From the IMG/VR virus record IMGVR_UViG_3300042691_038938: a DNA stretch of 64,000 nt; one strand, given 5' to 3'. This document shows positions 26,424 through 36,495 of the stretch, piece after piece; positions within the stretch are counted from its first letter, which is position 1; each line of letters starts with the position of its first letter. The position numbers and the translations under genes were made by a program. The notes under the pieces were generated by a model that worked only from the letters and a program-made list of their open reading frames with translations, had not been told where the DNA came from and searched no databases. This DNA is from a virus. Lineage: Duplodnaviria > Caudoviricetes.

Positions 26424-28394
26424 TTACCCTCGGTAGTTTGCTCCTCTGAGCATGTTCTCTAGGTAATTTTGAGAGTAACCTCTCTGCATCTCAACAACCT
26501 GATTTACAGGTACTAGGCCTTCTGTACTTTGGCTCTCGTTGAGTTGTTGCATTTTATTATTTTGTTTTTGAATTTCAATTCTTTCGTTAACTCCTCTTAG
26601 GTCTACTTCGTCCCAGAAAGCTTTAACTTGATATGGAGTGTTCACTGAATAAAGCTGAGCTTTTGCGTGAATTCTTCCTTGCTCGCTCTCATTCATCTCG
26701 TTCCAGATAGGTTTGTACTCAGCTGGCATGAATCGTAAGTAAGTAGGAATGTTTTGCTCTTTGTGATTGATCACTGCTTCCATGATTCCAGTGATATCAT
26801 TCTCATTGAACCATACTGATCCGTTAAGAGCTTCTACGATAGCTTGTTTAGTTCCTGCTTCAAGACCAAAGAAAGATTTCTTGTTTGCCTCACTCATAAC
26901 CTTTAAGAAAGGATATTTGTTTTCAAGCACTGCTTTAGAAGACTTATCGTTTACTTCAGTGATCACTCGGTCAACTTTAGAGATAAGGTTATCGATTGAG
27001 CTAGACTCATTCAATCCGCTAACTCCTCCAAGAACGTTTCTAGTTCTTAGTTTAGTTCCGTCTGTTAAAGACTCGGCAATGTACTCAGAGTATCCAATAG
27101 ATTGTCCAAGTTTTTCAGATAAGTACTGAGCGTATTCTCTGTTCAAGTTAACGTTCTCAGAAACGTATTCAGTAAATTCAATTCCTCGGTTAGCACCTTC
27201 AGCAACGTATTCTGTGTACTGGATGTTTTTGTCAAGCTCCTCAGCCAAGTAGTTTTGGTACTTGATAGAATTGTTTAAGCTCTCTTTAATGTATTCAGAA
27301 TAGTTGATAGACTGATTCAATTTCTCAGAAACATAATCTTGGTAGTTTACTGAACGGTTCAACATCTCTCCAAGGTAAGAAGAATATTCGATACCATTGT
27401 TCGCTGTCTCAGCAACGTGCTCAGTATAATTAATAGACTGATTTACCTTGTGAGAAAGATAATCAGCGTAATTGATTACTCCCTCAAGAGATTCTGCCAA
27501 GTAATTAACATAGCTTCTCAAATCAGAGTCAGTACTTGGAGAATTTTGTGATGATTCAAGCACGGATCTGTGATTCTTCAATTCTTTCTTAATACCAGTG
27601 AACTGTTTTTGCAGAACTTCGGAATACTTATCCATCTGCTCTTTTGTTACAAACTCTGCCATTGTGTTGTTATTTTTTTGTTCTTGTATAGTTCGCTGGA
27701 AATTGTTTCCTGAACTATTTTCTAGTTTATTTATCTTGTAAACTTTAAAATTGTCTGCAAAGTTTAAACTTTCAGATAAGTCAACTAGTCCAGATTTTTG
27801 TATTAAGGAATTTTCTTTCATTGATGAGTAACTCTCGTTAATCATCGAGAAGTTAGACTTAAGAGATTCGCTCACAGTCTGACGAAGAACAGCCTCAGTA
27901 AAACCAGGCTCTCCGACTAAATCGTAAGTAAATATTCTTTGTAATTTTACTGCTCCGCTCTCGCTTACTTGACCTGCGGCTCTAGAAGAGATCGACAATT
28001 GAACTCCTCCATCGATGAGTGCTTTGGCAAGCTTTCCATGAGGAGTGTTCTCCAAGAGTCTTACTTTAATATGGACCTTGTTTCCTCCGTCATAATTAAG
28101 ACCCTCAATGATGTGTGATGCCTCGCTCAACTTAGCCTCAAAGTGCTGAGGGTGATCGATTGTTCCAACCAACTGTCTTTTTGAGATCTTGTCCTGCAAG
28201 TAAGTAAGATGAGGAAGGTATTCAGTCTTTTCGTATACCCTACGATTGTTATTCATCTGACCAAACACGGCACATACTCCTTCGAGTACTGTTCCTGCCG
28301 ATCCGGTGTTCTGAACTTGGAGTTTTTCTCCAACGTTCTCTACGATTAGCACCCAATCATTACGATCGATTTGTGCTGAGTTAGGATTCATCAA
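26424..28394 (-). CDS. prohead protease (gp21-like) fused to scaffold/core-like repeat domain
   Basis: LEGVCAVFGQMNNNRRVY, GTIDHP, ENTPHGK, SISSRAAG, TYDLVGEPGF, followed by 14-aa Tyr-rich repeats. Confidence 0.88.
   Translation of the reverse strand: MMNPNSAQIDRNDWVLIVENVGEKLQVQNTGSAGTVLEGVCAVFGQMNNNRRVYEKTEYLPHLTYLQDKISKRQLVGTIDHPQHFEAKLSEASHIIEGLNYDGGNKVHIKVRLLENTPHGKLAKALIDGGVQLSISSRAAGQVSESGAVKLQRIFTYDLVGEPGFTEAVLRQTVSESLKSNFSMINESYSSMKENSLIQKSGLVDLSESLNFADNFKVYKINKLENSSGNNFQRTIQEQKNNNTMAEFVTKEQMDKYSEVLQKQFTGIKKELKNHRSVLESSQNSPSTDSDLRSYVNYLAESLEGVINYADYLSHKVNQSINYTEHVAETANNGIEYSSYLGEMLNRSVNYQDYVSEKLNQSINYSEYIKESLNNSIKYQNYLAEELDKNIQYTEYVAEGANRGIEFTEYVSENVNLNREYAQYLSEKLGQSIGYSEYIAESLTDGTKLRTRNVLGGVSGLNESSSIDNLISKVDRVITEVNDKSSKAVLENKYPFLKVMSEANKKSFFGLEAGTKQAIVEALNGSVWFNENDITGIMEAVINHKEQNIPTYLRFMPAEYKPIWNEMNESEQGRIHAKAQLYSVNTPYQVKAFWDEVDLRGVNERIEIQKQNNKMQQLNESQSTEGLVPVNQVVEMQRGYSQNYLENMLRGANYRG
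27066..27512 (-). repeat. ~10.5 tandem 14-aa repeats (Y-x-[ED]-Y-[LVI]-x-E-x-L-N-x-S-I-x)
   Basis: Read directly from the translation, YVNYLAESL through YSEYIAESL. Confidence 0.85.
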
Positions 28395-28411
28395 AGCCTA
28401 AAATTTTTTAT

Positions 28412-28419
28412 TATTTATT
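28412..28419 (-). promoter_or_regulatory. late promoter-like AATAAATA
   Basis: Upstream of the protease start. Confidence 0.65.
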
Positions 28420-28438
28420 ATGGCTTTGAGTAATTTTT

Positions 28439-29443
28439 CTAAGTTTTAGACTCGCAGTCTAACATTAGTGCTCTTAATTTATCAGATTTTTCTTTACTTA
28501 AGGAATAAACGTCAGGCACAGAGACATCGAACTTGACTAAATATTCCCCTACCTTTCCCTTATCGTCCTTAATTCCGCTATTGGGTATGGAGAACTTTAA
28601 GTTATTTAGAGTCTTTGGTCCATTTATCGATGCTTCGTATTTCTTATTGAATAGAGTCTCGATCTGTACTTTTTCTTCCCCGAATAGGACCTTACTTAAC
28701 GGCACCTCTATCGTGTGAACTATTTTATTCTCCTCAATTGATATTTTTTCGGGAATCTTGAACTCTATCGTCAGGTACAGATCACCAACTAGAGGTATCT
28801 GTTCCAGTTCTCCCCAAATATTGGTTCTGGTCACAACTTCTTCGTTGCCTAGTCCTGAGACTCTGACTACAGTAAAGGTCTTTCCCTTTTCTTTCTTGAT
28901 CTGAAAGTGGGTCGCTCTAAGGTCTATCGCTATTGTGATCTCCTTTTCCTCGTCCTCAACCAAGTAGTTTATTAGGTTTGATACTTTTCCAGTATAATTT
29001 ATCTTTTTTCTGGTGAACTCAAGCTTTATCTTTGTGCCAATTAGTGCATCTGATAGATCTATTTCATGATTTAACTTGATGTCCAGGTGATTGGTAGTCG
29101 GTGGCGGCGCGTGAGTTCTTCCTTGGGTCTTTTTTTCTCTATTTGATCTCTCTCTCCGCCAATCCTCGTTCTTAAAGTTATTCATGAATTCCTCAAAACC
29201 GAATCCTCCGCCCTGTCCTCCTTGACGAGGCCCTCCTCCAAAGTTTCTAGAGTCGTACTCTTGTCTCTTTTTAGAATCGCTCAGAACCGAGTAGGCCTCT
29301 GCCAACCTTTTAAACTTTTCTTCTGCTTGTGAATCATCCTTATTTTTATCAGGATGATACTGTAGAGCCAGCTTACGATATGCCTTTTTTATCTCGGCTT
29401 CGTTTGCAGTTCTTGCAACCCCTAAAACTGAATAATAGTCCAA
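28439..29443 (-). CDS. DnaJ/CbpA-type co-chaperone (J domain, G/F linker, no zinc finger)
   Basis: [23 protein letters not shown]-rich linker, C-terminal GDLY. Confidence 0.9.
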   Translation of the reverse strand: MDYYSVLGVARTANEAEIKKAYRKLALQYHPDKNKDDSQAEEKFKRLAEAYSVLSDSKKRQEYDSRNFGGGPRQGGQGGGFGFEEFMNNFKNEDWRRERSNREKKTQGRTHAPPPTTNHLDIKLNHEIDLSDALIGTKIKLEFTRKKINYTGKVSNLINYLVEDEEKEITIAIDLRATHFQIKKEKGKTFTVVRVSGLGNEEVVTRTNIWGELEQIPLVGDLYLTIEFKIPEKISIEENKIVHTIEVPLSKVLFGEEKVQIETLFNKKYEASINGPKTLNNLKFSIPNSGIKDDKGKVGEYLVKFDVSVPDVYSLSKEKSDKLRALMLDCESKT

Positions 29444-29461
29444 TTAACTTGATTATTTTCT

Positions 29462-29489
29462 AAACCTAGTGTTCTCTATATTGTATAAC
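29462..29489 (+). promoter_or_regulatory. putative promoter AAACCT-N16-TATAAC driving the glycan cluster
   Basis: Two-box motif 18 nt upstream of ATG 29508. Confidence 0.5.
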
Positions 29490-29507
29490 AAAAAAAGAAA
29501 AAGTTTC

Positions 29508-30122
29508 ATGTCTCTAATTAAGACGTTAAAGGAATTCGCTGGCATACATACTGGAAAAAAGATAATAGTTTGCGGCTGCGGAGTCTCGCTAGTAGATTTT
29601 AAGGAACATCACCAAGATTTCATAACGATTGGGGTGAATGACGTTAGTGAGCTATTCGATCCCACATATCTACTAGTCACTGATCATTCAGGAAGGTTCA
29701 GCTCTGATAGGAGACGAAGAGTTCACGGAACCAATGCAAAATACGTGTTTACTTGTGCTAAGGGTTGGTATCACAAAAACCTAGTCCATTTTGAATTAGG
29801 AAGCAGGTCCCTTACTAACCTTGACCATCCTGATAGAATAGATCATTACATGAATTCTCCGTATGCTGCTGCGATCCTTGCCTACAAGATGGGAGCGAAG
29901 AATATCGGCCTGATTGGAGTCGATTTTACAGATGGCCATTTCTATAATCTAAAGGACGGTAAACATCCTATAGTGAAATCAAACTACCTTAACAAAGTGA
30001 ATTCAGCCTATCAGACTCTTAGCAGCGAGCTTGCTAAGAGAGGCACAACGCTAGTCAACCTAAGTCCAATCAGCAACCTCGCAATACGAAAAATAAGCTT
30101 GGAGGAGTTTAAAAAGATATGA
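29508..30122 (+). CDS. MptE/Maf (DUF115)-like protein, candidate nonulosonate transferase
   Basis: IIVCGCGVSL, TIGVN, AAILAYKMGAKNIGLIGVDF, LVNLS; typical DUF115 pattern (IiG.GpSL...LaY.MG.k.I.LiG.D). Confidence 0.65.
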   Translation: MSLIKTLKEFAGIHTGKKIIVCGCGVSLVDFKEHHQDFITIGVNDVSELFDPTYLLVTDHSGRFSSDRRRRVHGTNAKYVFTCAKGWYHKNLVHFELGSRSLTNLDHPDRIDHYMNSPYAAAILAYKMGAKNIGLIGVDFTDGHFYNLKDGKHPIVKSNYLNKVNSAYQTLSSELAKRGTTLVNLSPISNLAIRKISLEEFKKI

Positions 30123-30748
30123 AGATAATAATACCCGCTCGAATGGGATCCAAGGGTCTTCCATTTAAGAATAGAACGTTGTTTAAGTACACGGCAGAAT
30201 CGATTCCTAATGAATTAAGAGGAGACACATTCGTCACGACGGACGATTCAGATATCATGATAATGGCTAGAGCTCATGGTTTCAATGTCATCGACCGACC
30301 CTTTTGCCTTGCTCAAGATACAACTTCCACTAAAGATGTCTTGATCCATGCACTGGGTGAAATTAATCCCGATCCTTACGAGGATGTCATTGTTCTCTAT
30401 CTTACTTATCCTCAGCGTTCCTGGAAAGACGTTAAGTCTGCTATGGAGTACGCCGATTCACTAGATTTCAGCGTTAACTCTCTACTCTGTAAAAAGGAAT
30501 GCCCGAGCCCATACTTGATGATGTTTGAGAAGGGACCATTTGGTACCCAAGTCATCCCACACGACCTATATCGACGCCAAGACTATCCTTCCTGTTTTGA
30601 GATAAGTCACTTTGTCATAATCTTTAAGGCGCATTACATAAATAACTTAAATAGTAATCTGTATTCTGAAACTACTGTTTTCTATGGAATAGACGATGTA
30701 GTTGACGTTGACTTACAGAGAGACCTAAATCAATTTTATGAAAATTAA
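30119..30748 (+). CDS. acylneuraminate/nonulosonate cytidylyltransferase (NeuA-like)
   Basis: IIIPARMGSKGLPFKN, VTTDD, IDRP..LAQD, LYLTYPQR, DVD. Confidence 0.9.
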   Translation: MKIIIPARMGSKGLPFKNRTLFKYTAESIPNELRGDTFVTTDDSDIMIMARAHGFNVIDRPFCLAQDTTSTKDVLIHALGEINPDPYEDVIVLYLTYPQRSWKDVKSAMEYADSLDFSVNSLLCKKECPSPYLMMFEKGPFGTQVIPHDLYRRQDYPSCFEISHFVIIFKAHYINNLNSNLYSETTVFYGIDDVVDVDLQRDLNQFYEN

Positions 30749-32447
30749 CTTAGCAATAGACTGTCTAGAAGGATATGAATTTAATGCTATTACCTCAATA
30801 CATTCATTCCTGAATACTAACAAATGGTTTGATGGTAAGATATACATAATAGTGCCCAAGCATTCTGTGATTACTTCTAGAATCTCTTCGGAAATTCTAT
30901 CAATCTATGAGAATTTTGAGATAGTCAATGCTCAAGAAGATTTGAATTTTTCAAATGAATTAAGTAAAGCCTCTTCTGACTTAACAAAGATTCAAACTAT
31001 TCTTTCAATCAAAAGCCTTTACATTAAAGAGGAACGTGTCCTATTCATTTCAAGTGGGTGTCTCATCTTCAAGGACTTGAGTAAATTACTAGGCACCAAC
31101 GAAGTAACGCTGATTAGCAATCCATCAGCAGAAATAGACTTTTCTGTATTCTATCGAAATAAGATAGCTAATTCTTCTCTATCAATCTCTCAATTACTCA
31201 ATCAGGTTTTTACTGATCGTAATTCAATACTTTCCCTGTTTCAAACTAACCAAAAGATCACAACTGTTTTGGGAGAAACTTCTTCTAGTTTTAATGATAG
31301 GGTCTTTCTAAAGAAGAAATCAGTCTTAAATCTTCTTAATTTCATTAAATATGACACATTAAGAGGAGAATCTAGGAACTATTCTAAGATAAACTATATT
31401 TGGATTCAGCATCAAAAGGTAGTCAAAAACATCCTAAAAAGACCGGCATCCTTCAAAGGAAAGAGGACTTTAAATAAAAGTCTCTCCCCTAAACTTGATG
31501 GACTACTTAATTCTCCACAGGCTCAGCCAACTCAAAATAAGAACATCCAGTCGGCCACAAAGGAAGTAAATCTAAATAAGGCGAGAAGTCTCTTAAGAGT
31601 CAGGGAAACGGATAAGAGATACTTACTTAATGAGAAGAAAAAAGCAGAGAGTCTTTCTCAATATCATGAAACTGTCTCACAATATTCTGAGACTCCTCCT
31701 CGACACGATTATGCTACTGCTTGTGTGATAGCATTTTTAGATCGGCATGAGATGGTTGAACTTAATGTCAAGCTTCTAAGCCAACAAAGTTTGGTACCTG
31801 CGATAGTCCTAGTTGCTTCAAATCCAACAGATGCTGCATTTGCTAATGGGTTAATTGAAAGATATCCTAACGTGTTCGTCACCTACTATCAAAATTATCC
31901 AATAGGCGGAAAGTGGAGAGCCGGGGTAAAGTATGCACAGCGTCTGAACGTTAGAGGACTGATGATACTCGGATCAGATGATCTACTATCACTAGATTAC
32001 TTTAAGAAGTGTTACTCAATGATTGATCGCGGTAACGGATCGAGCGGGACTGGCGTGGACCTGGTCGGCAATCGTAGCTGGTTTATATACGATACCTCAC
32101 GGAAGCTCTACAATCTTTCTTACTTGCCTAGCGTGAAAATATTTTTAGGCGGAGGAAAGATGTTCTCTAAGAACTTTTTAGATGCAGTTGACTGGGAGAT
32201 ATTTAAACCACTACGACCAGTTCACCTGGACGAGTATGGATATGAATTGATTGAAGCATTTAGTAATTCAATGTCTCTAATATCTCAAGATAATTTTATT
32301 TTAAGTATAAAAGGAAGCTGGGAAGTCATTAATTCAACTGATGCTATACTTAAAGCTAGGAATCGAATAAGAGTAATTGATGTTACGACACGGCTCTCTA
32401 CAATACTCAATAATCTTAAAATAGATCGTAAAGAAATTGAAATATGA
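30738..32447 (+). CDS. two-domain glycosyltransferase-like protein
   Basis: N-terminal GT8-like start (A.TSIHSFL..N); C-terminal GT-A region with GGKWRAG and ILGSDDLL. Confidence 0.6.
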   Translation: MKINLAIDCLEGYEFNAITSIHSFLNTNKWFDGKIYIIVPKHSVITSRISSEILSIYENFEIVNAQEDLNFSNELSKASSDLTKIQTILSIKSLYIKEERVLFISSGCLIFKDLSKLLGTNEVTLISNPSAEIDFSVFYRNKIANSSLSISQLLNQVFTDRNSILSLFQTNQKITTVLGETSSSFNDRVFLKKKSVLNLLNFIKYDTLRGESRNYSKINYIWIQHQKVVKNILKRPASFKGKRTLNKSLSPKLDGLLNSPQAQPTQNKNIQSATKEVNLNKARSLLRVRETDKRYLLNEKKKAESLSQYHETVSQYSETPPRHDYATACVIAFLDRHEMVELNVKLLSQQSLVPAIVLVASNPTDAAFANGLIERYPNVFVTYYQNYPIGGKWRAGVKYAQRLNVRGLMILGSDDLLSLDYFKKCYSMIDRGNGSSGTGVDLVGNRSWFIYDTSRKLYNLSYLPSVKIFLGGGKMFSKNFLDAVDWEIFKPLRPVHLDEYGYELIEAFSNSMSLISQDNFILSIKGSWEVINSTDAILKARNRIRVIDVTTRLSTILNNLKIDRKEIEI

Positions 32448-33349
32448 TAACTTTAAGAAACGTAATAGCGTACCTATCTGAAAAAATGGATCTTGAAATA
32501 ATTTATGGAAATGTTGGTGAAGATCAATCGATCTCTAAAATAATAAAATTTGATCCGGCAAACCTGGACAATTCAATTCTTTTTTGGATAAGTGAAAAGA
32601 ACCTTCCACAGACAAGGGATCTTGTTACTGGGACTTTGATAGCTCCACGATCAATCGCTCGTCCTAATAATTTTAATGGAACTCTATTGATTTGTGAAAA
32701 TCCTAGAAAGGCATTTAGCTTAATAATTAACGAATTCTTCAAGCCTAGCAATAATTTGATTCCAATTGGTTCTTTAGTCACGATCATGTCAAATGTCCCA
32801 AAAAGCTCTAAAGTAGGAAAAGGGACAATTATTGAAAAAGGGGTGACAATCGGTGAAAACGTAGTCATTGGATACAATAATGTCATTCTATCAGGAACAG
32901 TCATTGGAGATAACGTTAAGGTAGGTTCGAACAACACGATAGGAGCGGTCGGCTTTGGTTACGAAAGGGGAGAGAATGGAGAATATGAACTGATTTCTCA
33001 CATAGGAAACGTTGTAATTGAGGATGACGTTGAGATAGGAAACAATAATTGCATTGATAGAGCGGTTCTTGGATCAACCCTTCTCTGTAAAAATTCCAAG
33101 ATAGATAACCTAGTTCATATCGCACATGGAGTAAAGATAGGAAGAAATTCTCTAGTCATCGCAAATTCCATGATTGCTGGAAGCTCTGAGATAGGCGATG
33201 ACGTATGGATCGCGCCCTCAACTTCTGTGATAAACGGTAAAACTGTGGGATCAAGATCGATGACTGGCTTAGGTTCAGTCGTGATTTCAAACGTGGATGA
33301 AGGCTCATTAGTGGTCGGAGTCCCAGCAAAAAAGATAAAAGACATATAA
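32444..33349 (+). CDS. LpxD-like hexapeptide-repeat acyltransferase
   Basis: Left-handed beta-helix repeats; IG.VGFG, HIGNVVIEDDVEIGNNNCIDRA, KIDNLVHIAHG. Confidence 0.85.
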   Translation: MITLRNVIAYLSEKMDLEIIYGNVGEDQSISKIIKFDPANLDNSILFWISEKNLPQTRDLVTGTLIAPRSIARPNNFNGTLLICENPRKAFSLIINEFFKPSNNLIPIGSLVTIMSNVPKSSKVGKGTIIEKGVTIGENVVIGYNNVILSGTVIGDNVKVGSNNTIGAVGFGYERGENGEYELISHIGNVVIEDDVEIGNNNCIDRAVLGSTLLCKNSKIDNLVHIAHGVKIGRNSLVIANSMIAGSSEIGDDVWIAPSTSVINGKTVGSRSMTGLGSVVISNVDEGSLVVGVPAKKIKDI

Positions 33350-35109
33350 TGTGCGGAATAAGCGGAATAATTTTTAAAGAGCATTGCACTGACTTCACTC
33401 AAGCTAGACTCGAATTGGAACACATGAAATCCTCACAGCATCTGAGAGGACCTGATTCTTCTGGTGAGTTTAATGATACTAAAGTATTTTTAGCTCATAA
33501 TAGACTTTCGATACTTGATCTTAGTCCAGCAGGAAATCAGCCCATGCAAAATGAGGATTGGGTGATAGTCTTTAACGGGGAGATCTATAATTATGTGGAA
33601 CTAAGAGACGAGCTCATAGGATTAGGTGAGACCTTTATCGGTTCTTCTGATACTGAGGTTCTCTTGACCTGTATATCTAGGTTTGGAATCCAGGAAGCAC
33701 TACAAAAGATAAACGGTATCTTCTCATTTTGTGCATACAATAAATACACAAAGGAGGTTCATCTAGTTAGGGACAGACTCGGCGAGAAGCCTCTTTTTTA
33801 CTACGTGGATGAGAATTCGACCCTTTACTTTTCATCGAATCCTTCAGCGATAGTGAATTCATTACCTCAAGTAGACTGGCATCTTGATTACGAAGGACTA
33901 TGGGAATATTTTGTCCTCGGAGGAATTTTTTCCGATAAGACTCTATTCAAAGGGATCAATCGACTTGATTCTGCTTCCGTCTTAAGCTATGTTAATAACG
34001 AAATAACTATATCTAAGTATTGGACACCAGTATTTCAGCCTAATTTGACTGATTCTGATCTTGACTCGCTAATCAGAGAAGCGATAACGAGCCGAACAGT
34101 CTCAGACGTCCCAATTGTTCTGTTCTTAAGTGGAGGAGTTGACTCCAGTGCAGTTGCTGCTGTGCTTAAAGACACTGATGCAGTTCACCTGATATCAGAT
34201 GAGGTTGATTCTGCGAGAAAGGTCGCTGAAAAATTCAAAATGAGATTCAAAGTAGTCCAACCGGCGAGTTTAGACATCTCGGAAACGTTATTCAAGTATT
34301 CTGAATTTTCAGGAGAGGCAACGATGGCAGGATTCATTCCTTATGTGACAAGCAAAGCAATTTCTGGTGAATATAAGGTGGCAATAAGCGCGAATGGAGC
34401 AGATGAACTGTTTTTTGGATATCTTAGAATTCCCACACCAAAAATAAAAAATGAATTCTTTGATAAGTTAAGCAAAAGACGAAACATCAACATAAATCGT
34501 CGGTCAAGTCAGCCAGATGGACAGATTGCTGAAATCTTTAGACACCCTGACAATTTTTCTATTCCTCTTTCAGGAAAAGTTAGTTCAATGGCTGATCTAT
34601 TGAGATTGATTGAGCTAGAATTAAAGGATTTCAACCAAAATGAAGACTTTCCACAGTCTTCAAAATACAGATGGCTCGAACTAATGACCTACGTAAAGGG
34701 CGATCTTAATAACACTCTAGATTTTGCAAGCATGGCAAACTCCTTAGAGGTAAGGGCTCCTTTCTTAGATTATCGACTAGTTGAGGCCGCTTTAAGCTTG
34801 GATGAGACTCGACACATTAATATCAAAAATGGAAGAAAACACTTTTTAAAGAAGATCTTAGATTCTGAAGGAGTCGATGAATCGATTTGGAATAGGGATA
34901 AACTGGGATTTAGTCTCATTTCTTCCTATTTCAATAGCATAGAATCGATCAAAGACTTAGCAGTAAAGGAGCTCAAAAGAGAAGGGTTTTTGTCTATTTC
35001 ATGTACTAAAGGTAATTTAGGAAGAGACCTTCAATACTTAAGAAGTTCTGCCTTGGGATTTTTAGCTTGGAAAAAGGCGTGGATCGACAACGGAAAAGTA
35101 AAAAAATAA
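33349..35109 (+). CDS. asparagine synthase (glutamine-hydrolysing)-like amidotransferase
   Basis: MCGI, RGPD, HNRLSILDL, FNGEIYNY, RDRLGEKPL, LSGGVDSS, GADELFFGY, SLEVRAPFLD. Confidence 0.93.
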   Translation: MCGISGIIFKEHCTDFTQARLELEHMKSSQHLRGPDSSGEFNDTKVFLAHNRLSILDLSPAGNQPMQNEDWVIVFNGEIYNYVELRDELIGLGETFIGSSDTEVLLTCISRFGIQEALQKINGIFSFCAYNKYTKEVHLVRDRLGEKPLFYYVDENSTLYFSSNPSAIVNSLPQVDWHLDYEGLWEYFVLGGIFSDKTLFKGINRLDSASVLSYVNNEITISKYWTPVFQPNLTDSDLDSLIREAITSRTVSDVPIVLFLSGGVDSSAVAAVLKDTDAVHLISDEVDSARKVAEKFKMRFKVVQPASLDISETLFKYSEFSGEATMAGFIPYVTSKAISGEYKVAISANGADELFFGYLRIPTPKIKNEFFDKLSKRRNININRRSSQPDGQIAEIFRHPDNFSIPLSGKVSSMADLLRLIELELKDFNQNEDFPQSSKYRWLELMTYVKGDLNNTLDFASMANSLEVRAPFLDYRLVEAALSLDETRHINIKNGRKHFLKKILDSEGVDESIWNRDKLGFSLISSYFNSIESIKDLAVKELKREGFLSISCTKGNLGRDLQYLRSSALGFLAWKKAWIDNGKVKK

Positions 35110-35115
35110 GAATCG

Positions 35116-35739
35116 ATGACAGTATTAATATTATCTCCACACACGGATGATGCTGAGCTCGGTTGCGGAGGAACGATATCGCGTCTCATTGAGGAAGGTC
35201 ACTCAGTATGGGTTGCAATATTCTCAACCTGTGATGAGTCGCTTCCTCCTGGATTTTCTCCAGGGACCTTAAAAACTGAGAGCATAAATTCGTTAGTCTC
35301 ATTGGGTTTAAATAAGGATCAAATCATCCATTATGACTATCAAGTTAGAGTCTTTAACTACAGTAGACAGTCAATATTAGAAGATCTAGTACAGTTAAAG
35401 AAGAAGATGTTGCCTGATCTTGTATTCATTCCTTCACTAGATGATTATCATCAAGATCATAAGACCGTTGCTGAGGAAGGAGTTAGGTGTTTCAAAAACG
35501 GCTGCTCAATCCTTTCTTATGAATTGATATGGAACAACACTGGATTTAAGAATCAGCTTTACTATGTCTTAGAGGAAAGGCATATCAAGAACAAAATAAA
35601 AGCTCTTAAGAATTATGAAACGCAACAAGGAAGATCATATCTCTCTGAAGAATTTATTCGCTCCTTAGCTAAGGTTCGGGGAATACAAAATGGCGTAGAT
35701 CTGGCTGAAGCATATGAAGTCATACGATATAAAATATAA
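35116..35739 (+). CDS. PIG-L/LmbE-family deacetylase
   Basis: SPHTDDAELGCGG and HQDH motifs. Confidence 0.9.
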   Translation: MTVLILSPHTDDAELGCGGTISRLIEEGHSVWVAIFSTCDESLPPGFSPGTLKTESINSLVSLGLNKDQIIHYDYQVRVFNYSRQSILEDLVQLKKKMLPDLVFIPSLDDYHQDHKTVAEEGVRCFKNGCSILSYELIWNNTGFKNQLYYVLEERHIKNKIKALKNYETQQGRSYLSEEFIRSLAKVRGIQNGVDLAEAYEVIRYKI

Positions 35740-35748
35740 TACATACAA

Positions 35749-36495
35749 ATGCAATCATTATCTAAATTTACCAATTCACCTATTATTATTGGAGGCTGTG
35801 GCAGATCTGGAACAACTCTTCTTGCTGCAATTCTTTCATCTCATCCAAGTATCTATTCATATACTTACGAAACTATGGCATTCTGTCCCAGTGCATGGAT
35901 GGATCCCTTAAATAGAAACGTTCCATTTAGTCTTTCCATTCTAGAGGAAGTACTCATTGACTCTCCTCCAAGTAAAGAGAACAATAGATTTTTAGAAAAG
36001 ACCCCTAGAAATACCCTTGTCTATAAAAGAATAGCCGACTATTTTAATGATCAAGTTAAGATCATAAATCTTGTAAGAGACGGTCGAGATGTTGTTCTAT
36101 CGAAGTATCCAGGAAAGGAAGACACACAATACGTAACTGCTGACTTTTGGAAAACTGAAATTGAGTATGGGATTGAGTGTGAAGATTTTCCATGGTTTAA
36201 AACATTTAGATATGAAGATTTAATTCTTAATTTTAAGGAAACTCTTCTCGATATCTGTGAATTTTGTGAGATTGAATACTGTGATCAATTGACTAACTAC
36301 ACTGACTTTACAAAATATAAAGAATCTGATGCTTGGAGCCATCGTAAAATTCAAAGCCCTCATCAAAAGTCAATTGGAAAATGGAAGAATCACATGGATC
36401 ATATTGAAGTAAAAAAGTTGAATTCAGACCCACACAATATTGATTTATTAAAAAAATATAACTATGAAATTATTAGTGATTGTTCCAGCATATAA
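35749..36495 (+). CDS. sulfotransferase (PAPS-dependent, Sulfotransfer_3-like)
   Basis: GCGRSGTTLL 5'-PSB loop, EKTP, VRDGRDV 3'-PB motif, RYEDL. Confidence 0.88.
   Translation: MQSLSKFTNSPIIIGGCGRSGTTLLAAILSSHPSIYSYTYETMAFCPSAWMDPLNRNVPFSLSILEEVLIDSPPSKENNRFLEKTPRNTLVYKRIADYFNDQVKIINLVRDGRDVVLSKYPGKEDTQYVTADFWKTEIEYGIECEDFPWFKTFRYEDLILNFKETLLDICEFCEIEYCDQLTNYTDFTKYKESDAWSHRKIQSPHQKSIGKWKNHMDHIEVKKLNSDPHNIDLLKKYNYEIISDCSSI

Noticed and set aside
32444-33349. True lipid A biosynthesis gene lpxD
   Set aside because: No other lpx genes are present, and LpxD-like acyltransferases commonly occur in sugar-modification loci; the gene symbol is withheld.
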